Shown: positions 17,713-22,059 of the stretch, in pieces
How the letters are laid out: every line of letters begins with the position of its first letter
How positions within the stretch are numbered: the stretch's first letter is position 1
Position numbers and translations under genes: made by a program
Notes under the pieces: generated by a model
What the model saw: the letters and a program-made list of their open reading frames with translations, nothing else
Database searches by the model: none
Told to the model about the DNA's origin: nothing
Origin: an uncultured Methanosarcinaceae archaeon
GTDB taxonomy: Archaea > Halobacteriota > Methanosarcinia > Methanosarcinales > Methanosarcinaceae
DNA length: 22,059 nucleotides
Direction of reading: 5' to 3'
NCBI GenBank assembly: GCA_963727895.1
Contig: CAVSHT010000019.1
Coordinates: 1-22,059 of the forward strand

Positions 17713-17753
17713 GTAACTGGTATTAGTAACACTGGTATTAGTAACTGGTATTA
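17713..17753. repeat. Triple tandem 13-bp repeat in the cbiA/moaA divergent intergenic region
   Basis: GTAACTGGTATTA - GTAACACTGGTATTA - GTAACTGGTATTA (middle copy has 2 extra nt). Confidence 0.9.
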
Positions 17754-18098
17754 ATTCCTAGCGAATAATTACTTTTTTGGAAAAAACAGAGATTTGGTAT
17801 TTCCACAAAGCACATTATCTTATTAAAAGGATATGCACACTCTGAAATAAAAAAGCTCGATTCAGGAAAAAATAGAAGATGGTGATATTGAGATTATAAG
17901 CCAAATAAGCTTCTTGTATAATTATAGTATTCATTTATATAGTAAAAGTTTAATAATTAATTTTTGGTTTCAGTAACACATGCTCTTATCAACATATTTC
18001 ATATACATATAAGCATTCAATTCGTATAAGTATCTTAAATCCTGCCCGTCAGTTGAAAAAGAATTGAATGCCAAATTAAGAGGGGATTTTAACCAGCC

Positions 18099-19094
18099 AT
18101 GAAGCAGAAAAATTCAGGAAAAATAGCTGATATTTCAGAAGAAGATTCAAGAAGGACTCTTGAGGACCCTTACGGACGAAGGGTAACAGGACTCAGGATC
18201 TCGATAACTGAAAAATGTAATCTTTCGTGCATGTACTGTCATAACGAAGGTGCAGATTGCTGTACTTCGGGTCCTGAAGGCAACGAAATGAAACCTGAAC
18301 TAATCTGCGGAATTGTCAGAGAAGCTGAAAAATTTGGGGTTAATAAAGTAAAATTCTCAGGTGGAGAACCACTCTTTCGAAAAGATTTCGAGGAAATACT
18401 TTCCTGCCTTCCTCCATTAAAAGAAGTCTCTGCAACCACTAACGGGATCCTGCTTGAGAAGCGCGCAAAAACTCTAAAAGATGCTGGTCTAGATAGAGTA
18501 AACGTAAGCCTGGATTCTCTTATTCCTGAAAAATATGAAAAAATAACCGGAGCGCCACCTGGATCACTTGAAAAAGTAATTAGGGGAATTGACAGTGCAG
18601 TTGAAGCTGGACTGACTCCTGTAAAGCTAAATATGGTACTCTTGAAAGGTGTAAACGATAACGAAATAGATTCTATGATGGATTTTGTCCGGCAATATAA
18701 AGGAATGGTTATCCTGCAATTGATCGAGCTTATGGATATTGATCCCAGACTTTCGAAGTACATGATTGACTCGAAAGCTCTCGAAAAAACTCTGGCTGAA
18801 AGAGCAAGTGAAATCAAAATACGTCACCTGCACCACAGAAGAAAGTATATTATTGATGGGGTAGAGGTTGAGTTCGTCCGTCCTATGGATAACTCGGAGT
18901 TTTGTGCCCATTGCAGCAGGCTCAGGGTCACAGCAGACGGAAAGTTCAAGCCCTGCCTGCTAGTGAACAATAACCTTGTGGATGTCAGGGAAGCAAAAAG
19001 TTCTGAAGAAATAAAAGAGCTGCTTAAGCTTGCAGTAAACCGAAGAAAACCTTATTGTATGCCTGTTAGGATTAAACAAGTAGAAAAGGCTTAA
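18099..19094 (+). CDS. moaA: GTP 3',8-cyclase (molybdenum cofactor biosynthesis, radical SAM)
   Basis: D.YGR....LRISIT..CNLSCMYC, SGGEPL.R, TTNG..L, AGLDRVN.SLDSL, KLN.V...G.N, and the C-terminal FC..C.RLR.TADGK.KPCL second cluster. Confidence 0.94.
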   Translation: MKQKNSGKIADISEEDSRRTLEDPYGRRVTGLRISITEKCNLSCMYCHNEGADCCTSGPEGNEMKPELICGIVREAEKFGVNKVKFSGGEPLFRKDFEEILSCLPPLKEVSATTNGILLEKRAKTLKDAGLDRVNVSLDSLIPEKYEKITGAPPGSLEKVIRGIDSAVEAGLTPVKLNMVLLKGVNDNEIDSMMDFVRQYKGMVILQLIELMDIDPRLSKYMIDSKALEKTLAERASEIKIRHLHHRRKYIIDGVEVEFVRPMDNSEFCAHCSRLRVTADGKFKPCLLVNNNLVDVREAKSSEEIKELLKLAVNRRKPYCMPVRIKQVEKA

Positions 19095-19147
19095 AGGAAA
19101 CAGAAGCAGATCCAGAGATGCATATAAAAAATAAAGAAGGAAAAAAA

Positions 19148-19312
19148 ATGAAAATTGAACTTTTAGTAGATGGAAAAAAAATCCCGATGAATGATTTTGT
19201 CCAAAAAATCGTATTAAATGTAATTAAAGCAATGGTAGAAACACTACATAGCATTGATAGTGAATGGAAAGAGATATCCATCCTTATCGAAAGAGATGAA
19301 CTGAAAGAATAA
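19148..19312 (+). CDS. 54-aa small protein resembling the C-terminal extension domain of archaeal MobB-type proteins
   Basis: MKIELLVDGKKIPMNDFVQKIVLNVIKAMVETLHSI..WKEISILIER. ATG 19148 after GAAGGA, 53 nt downstream of moaA. Family resemblance is from memory and unverified. Confidence 0.7.
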   Translation: MKIELLVDGKKIPMNDFVQKIVLNVIKAMVETLHSIDSEWKEISILIERDELKE

Positions 19313-19535
19313 AAAGAAAAGAGTTTTTTGGCAAAAAGAAAATTTACATTCCTCAGACATTGAAATTTCCTCTTTTCATATTTTGTTTTAGGTTATTGGC
19401 TCTGTAGAAATCTTTTGATACCAAAAATCTCCATTGATTTTAACTGAATTAATTAATATATATTACAAATTGGTTTTCAACCTATTGTACCTGATTTAGA
19501 TATGTTTTTCTACAAAGCCACTTTTTTAGACTATC

Positions 19536-19985
19536 TTAAGACGATTTAAGATAGCAATTTATTGTAAGCATACTCAGAGTTATGAATAAATACGGAATGA
19601 TAGATTCCATTAACGATATAGTACTTGCACTTATAACTATAAAAATAGGGTCGGTAAACCAAAAATAATTAATCCATGATTTAGTATAAGTATTGTAAAA
19701 CCAAGAACTGTTATAAAAATTATATAGGTTATAAATAAACAACGGGACGAATAAAGCAATAAACAATTTTATATAACTTGATTTTTTCATAAAATGGTGG
19801 CAATTCTTTCTCTTTACCCTACAGAATAAATATAAAATAGCTAATATTAGTAAAACGGCAACTACAATGTAAACAACCGGTATCCCATAGAATGTTACAG
19901 CACGACTAGAAGATGTTACAACATGACTAGAAACTGTTTTTTCTCCTGTAACACTAGAGTTATACATTGCAGTTTCAATTTTCAT
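19536..19985 (-). CDS. Hypothetical low-GC membrane protein, possibly the 3' remnant of a larger gene
   Basis: Ser/Thr-rich N-terminus, TM helix followed by RVKRK, then 2-3 further hydrophobic segments; AT-rich. Confidence 0.45.
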   Translation of the reverse strand: MKIETAMYNSSVTGEKTVSSHVVTSSSRAVTFYGIPVVYIVVAVLLILAILYLFCRVKRKNCHHFMKKSSYIKLFIALFVPLFIYNLYNFYNSSWFYNTYTKSWINYFWFTDPIFIVISASTISLMESIIPYLFITLSMLTINCYLKSS

Positions 19986-20492
19986 GCTGCTTTATACGTT
20001 ACTAAAAATTAAATATTTTTTGTAACTATTCAGTATATCAAAAAATGTTCATTGATATTGATTTTAACGAAATGCTGGAATCTGGTAAGATATAGTTCTA
20101 TTATTTAGACTCTATAGAAATCCTCAGTATTCAGACAAATAATTAAAGTTGACAAGAATTTAAAATTATTATCATTTATTGGATAGCTTTGCCGGTTTCA
20201 ACCAGCTAACAGTGTATTTGATAGGTTTTCTACAGACCCATTTTTGATAGTAATTCTAAACTGATGAATAAATAACGAAGAGATTCATATTCAAATGTTG
20301 ATTCATTTTTGGCAGTGTACCGCATTTTCTGTAAATTTAGAGTTAAATTTCTGTATATTGAGAAAAATAAAGTTATATTGCTATTGGATTCTCAAACAAC
20401 AAACTTATTAAAATTTATAATTTTACAGAAGTTTCGGCACATTGCCTTCAAACTTCCAAATAGAAGAAATCGCATTCCAGAAATCCGGATAT

Positions 20493-21296
20493 TTAGAGAT
20501 ACTTTTCAATTTCTGAGAAATCTATCCTTGCGGTTGAATCTAAGGAAACAGGGGTTATCGAAATATGTCCCTTCTGCATGATAGCATTTACATCGGTTCC
20601 TTCTTCTTCTTCTTGTATTAGACCGCCTGCAATCCAGTAATAAGGTCTACCTCTGGGATCACGCCTCTCCTCGACATCAGTTTTGAAGATTTTTCGTGCA
20701 AGGCGAGTTATTTCGATAGGAGTATCTTCTTCAGCATGGTAGGGAATATTTATGTTCAGAAGATCCACATTTTCTGGCATTCCTTGCCTGAGAACTTTTC
20801 GAGCAATCTTATTTACCACTTTTATCCCGACTTCGAATCGCTCTCTATGATAGTTTCTTGGATCATCAAACTTCTGTCCTTCATCAAGAACCTGCATAGA
20901 GGCAGCAATTGCAGGCACACCATGACTTGCAGCTTCAAGAGCTCCTCCGATGGTCCCTGAGGTAGTAATCGTATCCGTGCTTATATTCTCTCCGATGTTA
21001 AAGCCGGAAAGTACCAGATCAGGCATTTCCTTAAGGATTGTGAAGATACCTAAAATTACAGCATCAGTAGGCGTTCCTCCAACAGCGTAAGCTGGTATGC
21101 CGCCAGCATTTGTTTTCGTGATTCTGAGAGGTTCAAATATAGAAATTGAACGTCCGACTCCACTCTGCTGGACAGCGGGAGCCGAAATTGTAACTTCTCC
21201 TAGATCCGAAACACTGTCAAAAGCAGCTTTCAGACCAGTGGAGTAGACACCATCATCATTGGTAACAAGAATTTTTGGAACCATGAGTTTTCCCAT
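20493..21296 (-). CDS. surE: 5'/3'-nucleotidase SurE
   Basis: KILVTNDDG, AP..QQSG.G, GTPTD, PDLVLSG.N.GEN, SGT.G.A.EA, R.DPRGR.YYW, G.ISITP. Start 21296 or 21284. Confidence 0.95.
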   Translation of the reverse strand: MGKLMVPKILVTNDDGVYSTGLKAAFDSVSDLGEVTISAPAVQQSGVGRSISIFEPLRITKTNAGGIPAYAVGGTPTDAVILGIFTILKEMPDLVLSGFNIGENISTDTITTSGTIGGALEAASHGVPAIAASMQVLDEGQKFDDPRNYHRERFEVGIKVVNKIARKVLRQGMPENVDLLNINIPYHAEEDTPIEITRLARKIFKTDVEERRDPRGRPYYWIAGGLIQEEEEGTDVNAIMQKGHISITPVSLDSTARIDFSEIEKYL

Positions 21297-21417
21297 AGTT
21301 GTAGGATAATTTAAAATTAATGGAAAGAACAGGATTTTCGTACCTAAAGCTCTTCATAACCAACTATATTGACCTCATCACGAATTTCATCTCTCTATAC
21401 CTGGAAGATTACCAGTA

Positions 21418-21425
21418 ATATATAA
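21418..21425 (-). promoter_or_regulatory. Candidate TATA box for surE
   Basis: TTATATAT on the minus strand, about 120 bp upstream of the surE ATG. Confidence 0.4.
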
Positions 21426-21499
21426 GGAAAGAAAGCTGCTCCACTCTGAATAAAGACTAAAGAACTAAATGGACACTTGAAAGAAAAATGGATGGTGGG

Positions 21500-21549
21500 A
21501 ATTGTACTGATCTGATCTGATTTAATCAGTACAATTTAAACCAGATCAG
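21500..21549. repeat. Interleaved inverted repeats, A-B-A'-B'
   Basis: A=AATTGTACTGAT (21500-21511) and A'=ATCAGTACAATT (21525-21536) are perfectly complementary. B=CTGATCTGATTTA (21512-21524) and B'=TAAACCAGATCAG (21537-21549) match 12/13. Confidence 0.9.
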
Positions 21550-21743
21550 GTAAGTATATTCTGTTTGTTTCGGCAAGTAGAAATGTGATTTTAGTTGTAA
21601 TTTCGGGCAACCAATTTCCCGATCGAGAATTCCACTCCGAAGAGATCAGTGGTTTTTATTGATTAATGTGCATTTTTGAGGTTTGTGATGTATATTATAT
21701 CAGTATATATTAATCTGCATAACTTTTTTGTGTCAATATTTAA

Positions 21744-22058
21744 TTACTCTCCAGCACCAAAGGCAGCTTTAAGTTTGCTTTCTTCTTCTTTGGATAGGGA
21801 AGTGCGCACGACCTTTGGATGGAATTTGCCCAGTTCATCAAGAACTTTGTCTTCAGTCCACTTTGAAATCAACAAGAAGAGAGCAGATCCTTCTGGCTCG
21901 ATCGTTTGAGAAACTTCATGAATGAAGTCATCGTCTATCCCATAATCAGATAATTTCCCTGTAATTGCACCCTGTGATGGCGCCGATTCCAGTCCAAGCC
22001 AGGGCATCCAGAAAAGCAGTCCTATAAGCATACCCAGTGCTCCACCTACAGTACCTGT
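21744..22058 (-). CDS. DUF1269/COG4803-like glycine-zipper membrane protein, 5'-partial (runs off the window)
   Basis: Frame is open to the window edge: TGTVGGALGMLIGLLFWMPWLG...GKLSDYGIDDDFI.EV...I.P..SALFLL....T.DKV...L......V.RTSLS.E.E..L. Confidence 0.75.
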   Translation of the reverse strand, partial: TGTVGGALGMLIGLLFWMPWLGLESAPSQGAITGKLSDYGIDDDFIHEVSQTIEPEGSALFLLISKWTEDKVLDELGKFHPKVVRTSLSKEEESKLKAAFGAGE

Positions 22059-22059
22059 C

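Noticed and set aside
17713..17753. CRISPR array or cobalamin riboswitch upstream of cbiA
   Set aside because: The repeats are 13 bp with no spacers, there are no cas genes, no B12-box is visible, and cbiA appears leaderless.
17900..18020. ModE-type operator upstream of moaA
   Set aside because: Only generic AT-rich TATA-like runs and the short palindrome TATAATTATA; no convincing CGTTATATA-N-TATATAACG-like dyad.
18239..18817. 192-aa antisense ORF in moaA, and similar shadow ORFs in argD, cbiA, tfs, pcn, psd and surE
   Set aside because: They overlap confident genes on the opposite strand and show the Ser/Phe/Ile bias expected from reverse-complemented codons.
19040..19094. MoaA lacking the C-terminal GG motif as a sign of truncation
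   Set aside because: Archaeal MoaA proteins commonly lack the bacterial GG tail, and both Fe-S motifs are intact.
19800..19900. PGF-CTERM archaeosortase substrate signal in the 149-aa ORF
   Set aside because: The motif is YGIP rather than PGF, and the TM/basic segment is not C-terminal.
21335..21395. C/D-box sRNA in the surE leader (GTGATGA ... ATGAAGA on the minus strand)
   Set aside because: C and C'-like boxes are present, but there are no properly placed CTGA D/D' boxes.

Overview
AT-rich archaeal chromosomal segment. Gene content and order, and the absence of TAG stops in all 21 non-IS genes, point to a Methanosarcina species (inference). The backbone is housekeeping: a PUA-domain protein (likely the C-terminal subunit of split archaeosine tRNA-guanine transglycosylase), a double beta-helix COG4801/bactofilin-like protein, argD-hisC, artA-asd(psd)-pssA-mptD, Nudix-tfs, pcn-priL, cbiA, moaA plus a 54-aa partner, surE, and a DUF1269-like gene cut by the window edge. 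Two related IS1-family elements (4948-5688 +, 8717-9336 -) each have their own 8-bp target duplication. One carries an in-frame amber codon, the other a 121-bp deletion, and both have ATT where ATG is expected. The best candidate for an undescribed system is at 230-2653: two tandem paralogous ~350-370 aa proteins with near-identical N-terminal ribbon-helix-helix (RHH)-like modules, diverged duplicated alpha/beta domains, and a shared 20-bp promoter motif upstream of each gene. Also notable are a candidate structured ncRNA with an A-B-A'-B' element upstream of surE and a compensated double frameshift in the DUF1269-like gene. All calls are by eye; no database searches were run.
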